Shown here in pieces: positions 1 through 9,828 of a DNA stretch of 64,000 nt. Positions within the stretch are counted from its first letter, which is position 1. Each line of letters opens with the position of its first letter. The stretch spans positions 5,949-69,948 of the forward strand of contig JAFYOX010000009.1 of the NCBI GenBank assembly GCA_017547755.1. The letters are read 5' to 3'. A program made the position numbers and the translations under genes. The notes under the pieces are model-generated. The model worked only from the letters and a program-made list of their open reading frames with translations. It did no database searches and was not told the DNA's origin. The stretch is from Clostridia bacterium (GTDB lineage Bacteria; Bacillota; Clostridia; Oscillospirales; CAG-272).

Positions 1-1207
1 ACGTTTCACCCTTGACGATATCCTCCGCAAACGCCATGCAGGTCGGTGCGCCGCAGGAGCCGCAGTCGAGCTTCGGAAGACCTTCCGTAATGGACTCGAT
101 ATCGGCCATCATACGGAGAGCCGTCTGACGGTCTTCGGAGAGGAGATTGTAGGGATTGTATTCCACTTCGTTTTCATCGTAATATTCGTCCGGGATATAT
201 TCGCTGACCGGGCGATTCGGCGAAACCGGAAGATACCGCTTGAGGATCTGGAGTCTCGCCTGAGCAATGTACGGATTTGCAACCGTCATCGCGCCGCCGA
301 CGCAGCCGCCGGAGCAGGCGTTGAGTTCCACAAAATCAAGGCTGGTGATATCTTCGTTGTCGATCTGATCGAGAACGCGAATGCAGTTCTCGATGCCGGA
401 TGCGGCGAGATACCGTTCGTTGAAGATCGCCGTGGATTCCCCGCCGGTCGATGCCCAGCCGATCCCGACCATGCCGGATTCGGTGGACTCCAGGGGTTCG
501 TCCTGACGCCGCTTCATTTTATCGATGAGTTCAAAGTACACGTCGCGCACCGAAATGGTGGCATCGATATAATTCCGCTCACCGGCGAAATCGTTCTTCA
601 CGTAGCTGACCTTTGCGGGACAGGGGGAGATGAAGAAGATGCCGATATCCTCATCGCTCAGTTCCGGATGTTCCCTCTTGGCCTTTTCGCGCGCAAGATG
701 CGCTGCGATATCGACCGGCGGCAGGATCGGCATGATGTTCTCACAAAGCATCGGATAGTTCATGCTGATCAGGCGCGTGATTGCGGGGCAGGCAGAGCTG
801 ATCACGGGTTTGGGGATATTCTTCCGTTTTATGTACAGCCGTGTGTACGCGGAAACAAGTTCGGCGGCACAGGCGACCTCAAAGACATCGTCGAAGCCCA
901 TATCGCGGAGACCGCGGATAATGTAGCCGATATTGTCCATGTTGTCGAACTGACCGTACAGAGACGGAGCGGGAAGCGCAACGGTATATTTGTAATCGTT
1001 TATGCACGACAGGGGGTCATGCGTAGCTTTTTTTGCTTTGTACGGACAGACTTTGATACACTCTCCGCAGTCGATACAGCGAGCGGAAGAGATCACAGCA
1101 TGTCCGTCGCGTATACGAATCGCTTCGGTCGGGCAGCGCTTCAGGCAGGTAGTACAGCCCTTGCACTTGCTCACATCCAGCGAGACCGAATGTTTGTAAT
1201 CCTTCAT
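1..1207 (-). CDS. [FeFe]-hydrogenase-like Fe-S protein of the sensory (HydS-like) type; C-terminus runs off the window
   Basis: Absent from the ORF track because it leaves the window. Minus-strand ATG at 1207-1205 is preceded by GGAGGA (complement of 1211-1216). My translation starts MKDYKHSVSLDVSKCKGCTTCLKRCPTEAIRIRDGHAVISSARCIDCGECIKVCP, which carries two 4Fe-4S ferredoxin motifs. It continues with H-cluster-like motifs ISSACPA, ISPCPAK and ELNACSGGCVGG, then a distal CGSCGAPTC motif. The canonical TSCCP cysteine is Ala, as in sensory hydrogenases. Confidence 0.7.
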   Translation of the reverse strand, partial: MKDYKHSVSLDVSKCKGCTTCLKRCPTEAIRIRDGHAVISSARCIDCGECIKVCPYKAKKATHDPLSCINDYKYTVALPAPSLYGQFDNMDNIGYIIRGLRDMGFDDVFEVACAAELVSAYTRLYIKRKNIPKPVISSACPAITRLISMNYPMLCENIMPILPPVDIAAHLAREKAKREHPELSDEDIGIFFISPCPAKVSYVKNDFAGERNYIDATISVRDVYFELIDKMKRRQDEPLESTESGMVGIGWASTGGESTAIFNERYLAASGIENCIRVLDQIDNEDITSLDFVELNACSGGCVGGAMTVANPYIAQARLQILKRYLPVSPNRPVSEYIPDEYYDENEVEYNPYNLLSEDRQTALRMMADIESITEGLPKLDCGSCGAPTCMAFAEDIVKGET

Positions 1208-1308
1208 AAGTCCTCCGTGCTGAGATTGAGATTTTTTTCCAAACCCTTTCCAAAAACCTTTTAATCAGGGAATTGGACTGAGTTCGGCTGACACCGTCGG
1301 CTTTTCTC

Positions 1309-1737
1309 TCAGCTGTTCAGCGCGATTTTCATGGTGATCGTCGTACCGACGCCCACCGTGGTGTCAATTTCCATGGAATCGGTGTATTTTTTCATGTTCG
1401 GAAGTCCCATGCCGGCGCCGAATCCGAGTGCGCGGATACTTTCTCTCGCAGTGGAGTAGCCTTCCTGCATCGCCAGACTTACATCCGGGATGCCGGGGCC
1501 GGTATCCTTGAGCACGATCGTGATAAAGTCGTCGTCCACAGTTACATCCGCATCTCCGCCGTTGGCATGGATGACCATATTGATTTCCCCTTCGTACATG
1601 GCAATGGAAACGCGGCGGATGACATCGGGGGGAAATCCGAGCTGGCGGAGCTTTTTCTTTACGACCACGGACGCTTCGCCCGCGGAAGAAAAGTTCTCTC
1701 CGTCTACGTCGAAATGAAAATTAATGGGTTCAGACAT
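1309..1737 (-). CDS. HATPase_c-type ATP-binding protein (anti-sigma-factor-like Ser/Thr kinase)
   Basis: The ORF 1309..1800 contains DTGPGIP and GFGAGMGLPNMKKY, the G1/G2 boxes of the GHKL ATPase fold. The start is placed at the internal ATG 1737 because GGGGGA lies 5 nt upstream; this gives an 8-nt overlap with the upstream gene. Confidence 0.75.
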   Translation of the reverse strand: MSEPINFHFDVDGENFSSAGEASVVVKKKLRQLGFPPDVIRRVSIAMYEGEINMVIHANGGDADVTVDDDFITIVLKDTGPGIPDVSLAMQEGYSTARESIRALGFGAGMGLPNMKKYTDSMEIDTTVGVGTTITMKIALNS

Positions 1738-2089
1738 GAGCATCCCCCAGTTTTCCGCCGAGACCGCCTTCATACAGACGTCCGCAGGCTTCAAAAGCAC
1801 GCAGAGACGAACGCATGACTACGAGACCGAAGTCTCTTGCAAGCTCGAGCATGGCTTCGCTCGGTTCCTTGTTGCGGACGAATACGATGCAGACCATATC
1901 CATCATGTTGGCAGTACGGATGACCTGCGGGTTGACAAGCCCGGTCAGAAGCACCCCCTGATCCTTGACGTAAGCCAGTACATCGCTCATCATATCGCTG
2001 CAGCAGGCGGACGCGACATCATGTTCCATGAGTTCTTCGCCGCACAGCACTTCAGCACCGAGCAAATCTTTAATTTCACATATTTTCAT
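1730..2089 (-). CDS. DRTGG-domain protein
   Basis: The ORF 1730..2113 reads MKICEIKDLLGAEVLCGEE...VLLTGLVNPQVIRTA, which is DRTGG-like. The start is placed at ATG 2089, behind GGTGGG. Confidence 0.65.
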   Translation of the reverse strand: MKICEIKDLLGAEVLCGEELMEHDVASACCSDMMSDVLAYVKDQGVLLTGLVNPQVIRTANMMDMVCIVFVRNKEPSEAMLELARDFGLVVMRSSLRAFEACGRLYEGGLGGKLGDAHV

Positions 2090-2159
2090 ATTACCCACCA
2101 ATCTGCCGCACATACGGCAGGAAAATCATGTTTGAACGTGAGTGATCCGTATATCTGAA

Positions 2160-2654
2160 TTACTGATACTTCTTGAGAATGCCTTCGAGCATGTTGGGTT
2201 CAAGACGGCCGTAAACGTCTTCGCCGATGGTCAGTACGGGAGCAAGACCGCACGCACCGATACATCTGGTTGCGTCAAGGCTGAACTTGAGGTCTTCGGT
2301 GATACCGCCGTTGCCGATGCCGAGAAGAGTTTCGAGCTTTTCCATAAGGATACCGGAGCCCTTAACGTAGCAGGCAGTACCAAGACATACAGCTACCGGA
2401 TGAGCACCCTTCGGATTGAGAAGGAACTGTGCATAGAAGGTAACTACGCCGAATACTTCGGAGTACGGAACATCCAGACCTGCAGCGATGTGACGCTGTA
2501 CTTCTTCCGGAAGGTAACCGTAAATGTCCTGTGCCTTCTGCAGAACAGGCATGAGAGCGCCGGGCTGTCCCTTGTATTCAGCAATCAGTGCATCAAGAGC
2601 AGCGAGCTGTTCCGCTGTACCGTTGAAAGCAACGGTGGTCAGTGCTTTTTTCAT
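2160..2654 (-). CDS. NuoE/HydC-type [2Fe-2S] thioredoxin-like ferredoxin
   Basis: Cluster-binding motifs CLGTACYVKG and CIGACGLAPV are present. AGGAGG RBS. Confidence 0.85.
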   Translation of the reverse strand: MKKALTTVAFNGTAEQLAALDALIAEYKGQPGALMPVLQKAQDIYGYLPEEVQRHIAAGLDVPYSEVFGVVTFYAQFLLNPKGAHPVAVCLGTACYVKGSGILMEKLETLLGIGNGGITEDLKFSLDATRCIGACGLAPVLTIGEDVYGRLEPNMLEGILKKYQ

Positions 2655-2762
2655 AGAGCAAATGTCCTCCTGAGAGTTTTGTTGTATTTAAAAATTTTGC
2701 CAGCAAATTTACGGGATGGTTCTTCCGCGGAAAGATTTCCGCGGAAGTTTTCACCCAAAAAA

Positions 2763-3602
2763 TCATTCCTCGCAGAACTTTACGACAGCGTCTGCCGCAC
2801 CTTCGAGGTAGTCGTTTTCCATCAGTTCGATCACGCCGTGGTCGATGAGGGAAGCGAGGCGTTCGTCGATCGGCATTCTCGCAAGAAGCGGGATATCGTA
2901 CTTCGCACACACTTCTTCCGCCTTGGACTTGCCGAATACATGGAGTTCGCGGCCGCAGTCGGGACACTTCACATAAGACATGTTTTCAACAAGACCGATG
3001 ACCGGGATGTTCATGAGGTTTGCCATGTTGACCGCCTTGCCGACGATCATGGAAACGAGATCCTGAGGAGTGGTGACAATTACAATACCATCCAGCTTGA
3101 TGGACTGGAATACCGTCAGCGGAACGTCGCCGGTTCCCGGAGGCATATCGATGAACATATAGTCCACATCGCCCCAGACAACATCGGTCCAGAACTGCTT
3201 TACGGTTCCCGCGATAACGGGACCTCTCCATACAACGGGACGGGTTTCTTCTTCAAGAAGAAGGTTGACCGAGATCATCTTGATGCCGGTCTTGGTTTCC
3301 AGGGGCATCAGACCGTCGCCGGTCGAGAGAATATCTCCCTTGGTGCCGAATGCCTTCGGAATGGACGGACCGGTCACGTCAGCATCCAGGATCGCGCACT
3401 TGTAGTCACGTCTCTGCATAACGGTCGTGAGCATGGAAGTCACGATGGACTTACCAACGCCGCCCTTACCGGAAACAATCCCTATGACGTGCTTCACGTG
3501 AGAATCCTTGTGGGGAGCTTCGAACGTAGGACCGCTCTTGCGGGAAGAACAGTTCGACGAGCACGTGGAACAGTCATGGGTGCATTCTTTGTTTTCAGCC
3601 AT
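2763..3602 (-). CDS. Mrp/NBP35/ApbC-family Fe-S cluster carrier ATPase
   Basis: Deviant Walker A GKGGVGKS is followed by the CPDCG motif. The N-terminus is Cys-rich (CTHDCSTCSSNC). Confidence 0.9.
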   Translation of the reverse strand: MAENKECTHDCSTCSSNCSSRKSGPTFEAPHKDSHVKHVIGIVSGKGGVGKSIVTSMLTTVMQRRDYKCAILDADVTGPSIPKAFGTKGDILSTGDGLMPLETKTGIKMISVNLLLEEETRPVVWRGPVIAGTVKQFWTDVVWGDVDYMFIDMPPGTGDVPLTVFQSIKLDGIVIVTTPQDLVSMIVGKAVNMANLMNIPVIGLVENMSYVKCPDCGRELHVFGKSKAEEVCAKYDIPLLARMPIDERLASLIDHGVIELMENDYLEGAADAVVKFCEE

Positions 3603-3839
3603 AACAATCTATATCCTTTCTGAATATCTTAACGCCTCAGAGCGGTATTCCGCACAGAATATATAATTTTGGTAATATATATTATTTTTGGTCGGGGTAT
3701 TCGCCTTTGGGTATCACAAATATTATATAACAAATTGCTTCAAATTACAATACCTAAGGCCGAGAATAATACTTCATTCGCCGCATTTTTTTCACAAAAA
3801 TGCAGCAGACGCCAAAAAATCCGCCATTGGCACAAAAAT

Positions 3840-3866
3840 ACGGGCAGGTAAATCTTACCTGCCCGT
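3840..3866 (-). terminator. Intrinsic terminator downstream of the P-type ATPase-like gene
   Basis: Hairpin ACGGGCAGGTA-aatct-TACCTGCCCGT is followed on the minus strand by ATTTTTGTG. Confidence 0.7.
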
Positions 3867-3873
3867 ACCGGGT

Positions 3874-6651
3874 TCAATCTTTTTTTGCTTTTTTATCCGT
3901 ACGCTTTTTTCTTCCGGCTGCCTTGGAAATCTCCCAGACCGCAAGCATCAGCACCGCCGGGATCAGCGCGAACAGACTGTAGATCCCGCACGGTTTTCCG
4001 CCGACCCACGCCGCACCGAACGGCGTCAGCAGGATCACGGGAACCAGGATCACGGTCATCAGCGCAAAGCCGAAAAATGCGTAGTTGATCCGCACATGAC
4101 GGAACAGACTGCCGCGCTTCATGCACTCGCTCGCCATGATCAGCCCGCCGAGAAGCAGCGTACCGGCGAGAAGGGTGATGTCCTGTCCCGCGGCAAAACG
4201 CAGATGGAAGTACGGCTTTACCAGCTTCAGCACAAGCACCAGCGCCGGTGCGGAAAGACCCCATCCGAGCCCAGCGCCGAGCGCTTTCCGGATGCTGATC
4301 GGAATGAATTTTCCCGTTTTTTCCGTAAGTTCCCGCGGAACATCGTCGTCGTGCTCGAACGCCATCACAAGGACCGCCGCAAAGTCAAACAGCAGTCCCC
4401 AGACAAGGATCGACACTTCGTCGAGCAGGGGAACCTGCGGCAGAAGCACCGCCGCAAGGATAACCGCCAGACGCGCGATCTGCGCGGACGTCATATAGAA
4501 CGCCGACGTTTTGATGCTGCGCACCGCCTGTCTGGAGATCCGGAACGAACGCAGGATGCCGCTGAGTCCGCCGCGTCCGGTTCTGGACGCGGAACGTACC
4601 ACAGCCGCCGCATTCCGCGACAGCGGTTCCGGTACGGAACGGTATGCCGACGCGGCGGATGCAAATCCCACGTCTGCCTGCCGCAGAACGTCAAGATCGC
4701 TGACTTCCCGTCCGACGGCGGCGGTCACGGGACGGTTTTCCGCATCCGCCGTCATGATCTTCTTCATCACGTCGGATTTCATGGACGCGGGGATCCCGTA
4801 TTTCATTTCGGGGAACGAAACGATCATGCCGTTCTCCGTCAGATCCCGGACATCGCTTTCCTGAAGTTCGCTGTACGGAACCACTCTGGTCTTTTTGTTC
4901 ATCAGTCCGATATCATGGCAGTAGTACAGGTCGCGTTCCGGCTCGGAAGAAAGCAGGATCGGAACGATGCCGTTCTCACGCATATACGCAAGACTTTCCT
5001 TCATTCCGGCTTCCGCCTGTTCCGACACCGCAAAGAATCCGACGAACGTCATATCCTGTATGATCACCGCCAGGCGGCTGAGCGTGGTGTATTCCGAAGA
5101 AACCTTCGCCACGGCAACGATCTTCGCGCCGATATATTCCAGTTTCGCACATTCCGTAAAAATTTTCCGGCGCATTGCCGGATCCAGAGGAACCACACCG
5201 TGTTCTCCCTGACAGGACGTGCAGACCCTCAGAACCTCCGCGATCCCGCCGCACGAAACGGCAAGAACGCCGTTTCCGTACGCGATCAGCGAGGTATCGA
5301 GTCCCGCCGCAAAAACATTGGCGGAATCCACATGGTCGAGCACGGGATATTCCCGGTAAACGTTTTTTCCGTCCGATTTCCGCGAACGGATCTCGGCGGC
5401 AGTCCGTACCACGCGGGCACGGTCGCTGATCTTTTCCGCGATGCCGCTCGACAGGGAACGTCCGGACGCATCGGCGGAAGCCGCGGGAATCGCCAGAGCG
5501 ATCATTTCATCAAGTCCCTGATCGTCTGCGATCTCCGAAGCACGGTCGTAATAGGAACCGTCTGCACGGTAGGCATGGATCTCCGCACTGCCCGATTCGA
5601 AAAACGAGCTGCCGCAGAAAACGATCCGTCCGACATGGGCAAGCGATTCGATCGCCGCCGGACGGCGGATCTGTGTACGGACCGCAGAGGCATCCTTCTG
5701 CGCTTCTTCGTTTCCCGCACAGCGGTAAACGGAGGCGGCGATGATGATATGTCCGATGACCGTCAGATATTCGCTCATCGCGGCAACGGACATGGCAAGT
5801 GTCGTCAGGAAAATTTCCGGAAGCGTGAATCCGTCGCGGCAGAACAGCGACAGCACGGTGATCCCCATCACGCAGGCAAGCATGACAAGGCTTGTGAACC
5901 GGCACCAGCCCTCCAGCTTTTCGATCAGCGGCAGACGTCCGGACGGCTCGATCTCAATGCCGTCCTGCTTCATGGAGATCAGGGAATACATCCCGCATGA
6001 CGTCGCGGCGATACGCAGATTCCCCGAGAGGACCACCGATCCCGCAAAAAGCATATTCGAGCGGTATTCACACGGGACTTCCCCGCTCTTTGCGGAGGTG
6101 TCGATCACTGTGTCGAATTTATGTACCGGGGTATTGTTTTCCGTGATCCCGCGTTCGCTGACCACGGAGTCTTCCCCTGCCAGAATACGTCCGTCACACG
6201 GCACCGTGCTTCCGGCTTCCAGAAACAGAATATCTCCGGGAACGATCTCCCGTGCCGACAGCAGTTTCATCTGCCCGTCCCGGATCACCGTCGCGACAGG
6301 AATAAAGCCTTCCGCCATCTTCTCGAGAATGCGGTTTGCGCGGATATAGACGATCGAGCGCAGGATCCCGCCGAGAACGAGAATGACCGTGACCGCCAGC
6401 GCCGCACCGCTCTGGTCAAACAGAGCCGCAGCCGCCGCACTGACGATCAGAAGAAGCGTCGCGATATCGAACAGGGATTCGCTGACCGCCGTGAACGCAG
6501 ACATCCTCTTCACGTGCCAGATGTTGTTGGCACCGTATTTTTTCCGGCGTCTCGCGGCTTCCTTTCCGGTCAGACCCTTGTACATATCGGTTCCGAGCGC
6601 CGCGGTCACGTCGGCATTCTTCATAAGATGCCAGTCGTTTCGGTATTTCAT
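3874..6651 (-). CDS. P-type (type II, Ca2+-ATPase-like) ATPase homologue with degenerate catalytic motifs
   Basis: 925 aa. It has a Cation_ATPase_N-like N-terminus (GLTGKEAARRRKKYGANN) and about 10 predicted TM segments. DKTGT is replaced by FCGSSFFESG, TGES by ITENN, DPPR by SEQA, GDGVND by GREVSD, and the M4 PEGLP by SEYLT. Confidence 0.85.
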   Translation of the reverse strand: MKYRNDWHLMKNADVTAALGTDMYKGLTGKEAARRRKKYGANNIWHVKRMSAFTAVSESLFDIATLLLIVSAAAAALFDQSGAALAVTVILVLGGILRSIVYIRANRILEKMAEGFIPVATVIRDGQMKLLSAREIVPGDILFLEAGSTVPCDGRILAGEDSVVSERGITENNTPVHKFDTVIDTSAKSGEVPCEYRSNMLFAGSVVLSGNLRIAATSCGMYSLISMKQDGIEIEPSGRLPLIEKLEGWCRFTSLVMLACVMGITVLSLFCRDGFTLPEIFLTTLAMSVAAMSEYLTVIGHIIIAASVYRCAGNEEAQKDASAVRTQIRRPAAIESLAHVGRIVFCGSSFFESGSAEIHAYRADGSYYDRASEIADDQGLDEMIALAIPAASADASGRSLSSGIAEKISDRARVVRTAAEIRSRKSDGKNVYREYPVLDHVDSANVFAAGLDTSLIAYGNGVLAVSCGGIAEVLRVCTSCQGEHGVVPLDPAMRRKIFTECAKLEYIGAKIVAVAKVSSEYTTLSRLAVIIQDMTFVGFFAVSEQAEAGMKESLAYMRENGIVPILLSSEPERDLYYCHDIGLMNKKTRVVPYSELQESDVRDLTENGMIVSFPEMKYGIPASMKSDVMKKIMTADAENRPVTAAVGREVSDLDVLRQADVGFASAASAYRSVPEPLSRNAAAVVRSASRTGRGGLSGILRSFRISRQAVRSIKTSAFYMTSAQIARLAVILAAVLLPQVPLLDEVSILVWGLLFDFAAVLVMAFEHDDDVPRELTEKTGKFIPISIRKALGAGLGWGLSAPALVLVLKLVKPYFHLRFAAGQDITLLAGTLLLGGLIMASECMKRGSLFRHVRINYAFFGFALMTVILVPVILLTPFGAAWVGGKPCGIYSLFALIPAVLMLAVWEISKAAGRKKRTDKKAKKD

Positions 6652-6667
6652 AATCTTCCGCTCTCTC

Positions 6668-8980
6668 TTACAGGGCAGTCACACGGATGCCGTTTTCATC
6701 GCTGTCCACGGTGATCTCGGAGATCATTCCGCGTGCGGCGATCAGTTCGGCGGCGATCTTGTCTTCGATCTCCATCTGGATGAAGCGGCGCATATTTCTC
6801 GCGCCGTACTTCGCGGAATAGGATTTGTCGGCAATGTATGCGATGCACGCCTCGGTAAAGACGGCGTCCATTCCCTTGTCGTAGAGCAGTTTCGTAAGAT
6901 CGCCGGTCATGATGCGGGCGATATTGATGAAGTTTTCGCGGGACAGGGCGTTGAAGGTGATGATCTCGTCCACGCGGTTGATGAATTCGGGACGCAGGAA
7001 CTCTTCGAGCGCCTTTCTCGTCTTGTCTTCGGTGCGCGCGGTGTCCGCGAGATCGGAGAAGCCAGCCTTCGCCGTCGCGTAGGTACTGCCGGCGTTGGTC
7101 GTCATGACGATGATGGTGTTGCAGAAGTCCACCTGCTTGCCGTGCGAGTCGGTGATGATGCCGTCGTCGAGGATCTGGAGCAGGATGTTCATGACATCCG
7201 GATGCGCCTTTTCGATCTCGTCGAACAGGACCACCGAGTACGGACGGCGGCGGATCTTTTCGGTGAGCTGTCCGGCGTCGTCATAGCCGACGTATCCCGG
7301 AGGCGAACCGACGATGCGCGATACGGAGAATTTGTCCATGAATTCGCTCATGTCCAGACGGATCAGCGTATCCGGCGAGGAGAACAGATCCGCTGCGAGG
7401 ACCTTGACCAGTTCCGTCTTACCGACCCCGGTCGGGCCCGCAAAAATGAACGAAACGGGCTTGCGCTTGTAGGATACTCCGGCACGGTTCCGGCGTACGG
7501 CGCGCGACACGGCATCGACAGCGGCATCCTGACCGACGATGCGTTCCTTCAGGCGGCTGTCCAGCTGTTCGAGCTTTTCGTATTCGCTTTCCGCGATGGT
7601 GGACGCGGGAATGCCCGTCCAGATCTCGATGACGTCCGCGAGGTCGGATTCGCGCATCCGCACCTTTCCGCAGATCTCGTCGAGTTCATCGAGACGGTCT
7701 TCGATCCGCATTTCTTCCGCCTTCAGTTCGGAGAGCTTCTGATATTTTTCCTCGATCTTTCCGTCCGCATTCGGGTTGTCGCCGTTGCTGATGGCATTTT
7801 CGAGTTCTTCATATTCCTTTTTCACCACTTCCCTGCGGTCGGCAAGTTCGTGGCGTTCGTTGATTTCCGGCGTATGGACGGAAATATGGGACGCCGCTTC
7901 GTCGATGAGGTCGATCGCCTTATCGGGGAGATAACGGTCGGTGATATAACGTTCGGACAGGGTCGCGGCAGACGCGAGAATTTCGTTCGCGATCTTCACG
8001 CCGTGATAGTCTTCGTAATATCCCTTGATACCCTTGAGGATCTCCACGGTATCCGCCACCGACGGTTCGTTGACCATGACGGGCTGGAAACGGCGTTCGA
8101 GCGCAGTATCCTTTTCGATATACTTGCGGTATTCGGTCAGCGTGGTCGCGCCGATGACCTGGATCTCCCCTCTCGACAGCGCGGGCTTCATGATGTTCGC
8201 GGCATTCATGCTTCCTTCCGCATCGCCAACGCCGACGAGGTTGTGGACTTCGTCGATGACGAGGATCACCTTGCCGTGCGCCTTCACATCGCCGAGCAGA
8301 CCGAGCACGCGGGATTCAAACTGTCCGCGGAACTGGGTTCCGGCAACGAGCGCGGTCAGGTCGAGCAGGCAGACGTCGTGATCCTTCAGCTTATAGGGAA
8401 CATCGTTTGCCGCGATCTTTTGCGCGAGCGCTTCCGCAATGGCAGTCTTGCCGACGCCGGGTTCCCCGATGAGGCAGGGATTGTTTTTCTGACGGCGGCA
8501 GAGGATCTGGATCACGCGTTCGAGTTCGCGGTCACGTCCGACGATCCGGTCGAGCTTGCCTTCTTTCGCTTTCGCGGTCAGATTGGTCGTATAGTTTTTG
8601 AGGAACTTCATTTCCGGTTCGGCATCTGCGTCTTTTTTCGCGTCACCGTTCTTGTCGTTCGCTTTTTTCTTGCTGTTATCACGGTCACGGGCATTCTTCG
8701 CACCTTCGCCCATGAGTTTGGAGAAATTGAAGAGAGGCGCGCTGCCGGTCGTTTCGCCGGGAACGATCTCGCCGCTCTCGAACAGCGCTTCCATATCGCT
8801 GTTCATCCTCTCGATGGTGTCGTCATCCAGTCCGGTCTGCGCGATGATATCGTCGATCGGCTTGATACCGAGTTCTTTCGCACATTTGATGCACAGACCC
8901 TCCTGCTTGCTTTCTCCGTTTTCCAGTTTGGTGATAAACACCACTGCCACACGTTTGCGGCATCTTGTACACATCGTCAT
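6668..8980 (-). CDS. Clp/Hsp100 double-AAA+ ATPase (ClpC/ClpB-like) with an N-terminal CxxC...CxxC module
   Basis: Walker A motifs GEPGVGKT (D1) and GPTGVGKT (D2) are present, with a coiled-coil middle region. The N-terminus [11 protein letters not shown]...[11 protein letters not shown] replaces the Clp_N repeats. Confidence 0.9.
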   Translation of the reverse strand: MTMCTRCRKRVAVVFITKLENGESKQEGLCIKCAKELGIKPIDDIIAQTGLDDDTIERMNSDMEALFESGEIVPGETTGSAPLFNFSKLMGEGAKNARDRDNSKKKANDKNGDAKKDADAEPEMKFLKNYTTNLTAKAKEGKLDRIVGRDRELERVIQILCRRQKNNPCLIGEPGVGKTAIAEALAQKIAANDVPYKLKDHDVCLLDLTALVAGTQFRGQFESRVLGLLGDVKAHGKVILVIDEVHNLVGVGDAEGSMNAANIMKPALSRGEIQVIGATTLTEYRKYIEKDTALERRFQPVMVNEPSVADTVEILKGIKGYYEDYHGVKIANEILASAATLSERYITDRYLPDKAIDLIDEAASHISVHTPEINERHELADRREVVKKEYEELENAISNGDNPNADGKIEEKYQKLSELKAEEMRIEDRLDELDEICGKVRMRESDLADVIEIWTGIPASTIAESEYEKLEQLDSRLKERIVGQDAAVDAVSRAVRRNRAGVSYKRKPVSFIFAGPTGVGKTELVKVLAADLFSSPDTLIRLDMSEFMDKFSVSRIVGSPPGYVGYDDAGQLTEKIRRRPYSVVLFDEIEKAHPDVMNILLQILDDGIITDSHGKQVDFCNTIIVMTTNAGSTYATAKAGFSDLADTARTEDKTRKALEEFLRPEFINRVDEIITFNALSRENFINIARIMTGDLTKLLYDKGMDAVFTEACIAYIADKSYSAKYGARNMRRFIQMEIEDKIAAELIAARGMISEITVDSDENGIRVTAL

Positions 8981-9052
8981 ATGGATATTCCTGTTTCTGT
9001 AGTAATAGACTTTTTCACGGGAAAGGACTTTCGGAAAGTTTCCCCTGAAAAC

Positions 9053-9799
9053 TTATAATTTCCATCCGAGCGCATGGATCATGCGGTCGAGGAGGTTATG
9101 TTCAAGAACAAATTTACAGATGATGGTATCTTCCACAACATCCGGTCCGAAGAGACCGGGATCCACTGCGCCGAGCGCAGAGGAAAGAACGGACATCACA
9201 GTCGCAAGAAGGCAGGCAATGAACGCCGCTTCCGCGATCCCGAGAAGGAAGCCGAGGAAGACATTGGCACTGTGCAGGACCGGAAGGCTGAAGATCAGAT
9301 CAAGCAGACCGGTCAGCAGGGACAGTACGATCACAAAGAGGAGAAAAAGAACGGTAAATGCGGCTGCGGACGCGATCACGGTTGTGGTCGGTGCAGCGAT
9401 CTGTGCGGCAAACGCATCGACCACCGCCTCATCGCAGGCGGTCAGACCGCGGAGCTGTCCGATGAACGCTTCAATGTCAATGCTGTAGCGTTCGAGAATG
9501 GCCGTGAACGGCTCGGGCAGATCCGCCGCAAGACGGTCGAGGTTGTAGAGATCGGTTTCCGTATCGAGCGCGAGAGAACGCAGGGTCTCCGCGATCCCGT
9601 TCGTGATATTTTCGATCAGATAATTTTTCCGGATATATTCCGACAGAACGGGCGTGTAGGCATATGCGGCAATCGTCGATGCGATCCCCGTCACCAGCCC
9701 CATGACGGACCGGATAAATCCTCTTCGTGCTCCAAGCCAGATGATAAGAATCGCCGAAAACAGAATAACGGCATCAAGCGCCAGACTCAAAATTTCCAC
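9053..9799 (-). CDS. CvpA-family membrane protein
   Basis: Multi-TM protein with the CvpA-like N-terminus LDAVILFSAILIIWLGARRGFIRSV. The ORF-track start is a GTG directly abutting GGAGG, so a TTG at 9790 has better RBS spacing. Confidence 0.7.
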   Translation of the reverse strand: MEILSLALDAVILFSAILIIWLGARRGFIRSVMGLVTGIASTIAAYAYTPVLSEYIRKNYLIENITNGIAETLRSLALDTETDLYNLDRLAADLPEPFTAILERYSIDIEAFIGQLRGLTACDEAVVDAFAAQIAAPTTTVIASAAAFTVLFLLFVIVLSLLTGLLDLIFSLPVLHSANVFLGFLLGIAEAAFIACLLATVMSVLSSALGAVDPGLFGPDVVEDTIICKFVLEHNLLDRMIHALGWKL

Positions 9800-9828
9800 C
9801 TCCGATGTTTATGATGAAAAAGATTCCC

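Noticed and set aside
668-1264. A 198-aa plus-strand ORF at the left end of the window.
   Set aside because: It is antisense to the hydrogenase-like gene, whose translation I checked codon by codon from 1207 down to position 1.
3603-3873. An AT-rich 270-bp spacer, considered as a possible sRNA or riboswitch.
   Set aside because: I could find only a terminator hairpin (3840-3866) and AT-rich promoter-like sequence for the Mrp operon. No conserved riboswitch motif is recognisable.
2142-9058. Very long plus-strand ORFs (2142..3623, 3688..6000, 6383..9058) lie opposite the Mrp, P-type ATPase-like and Clp genes.
   Set aside because: They are antisense shadows typical of high-GC coding DNA. Their translations are Arg/Gly/His-rich with no motifs or RBS, while the minus-strand partners have clear family signatures.
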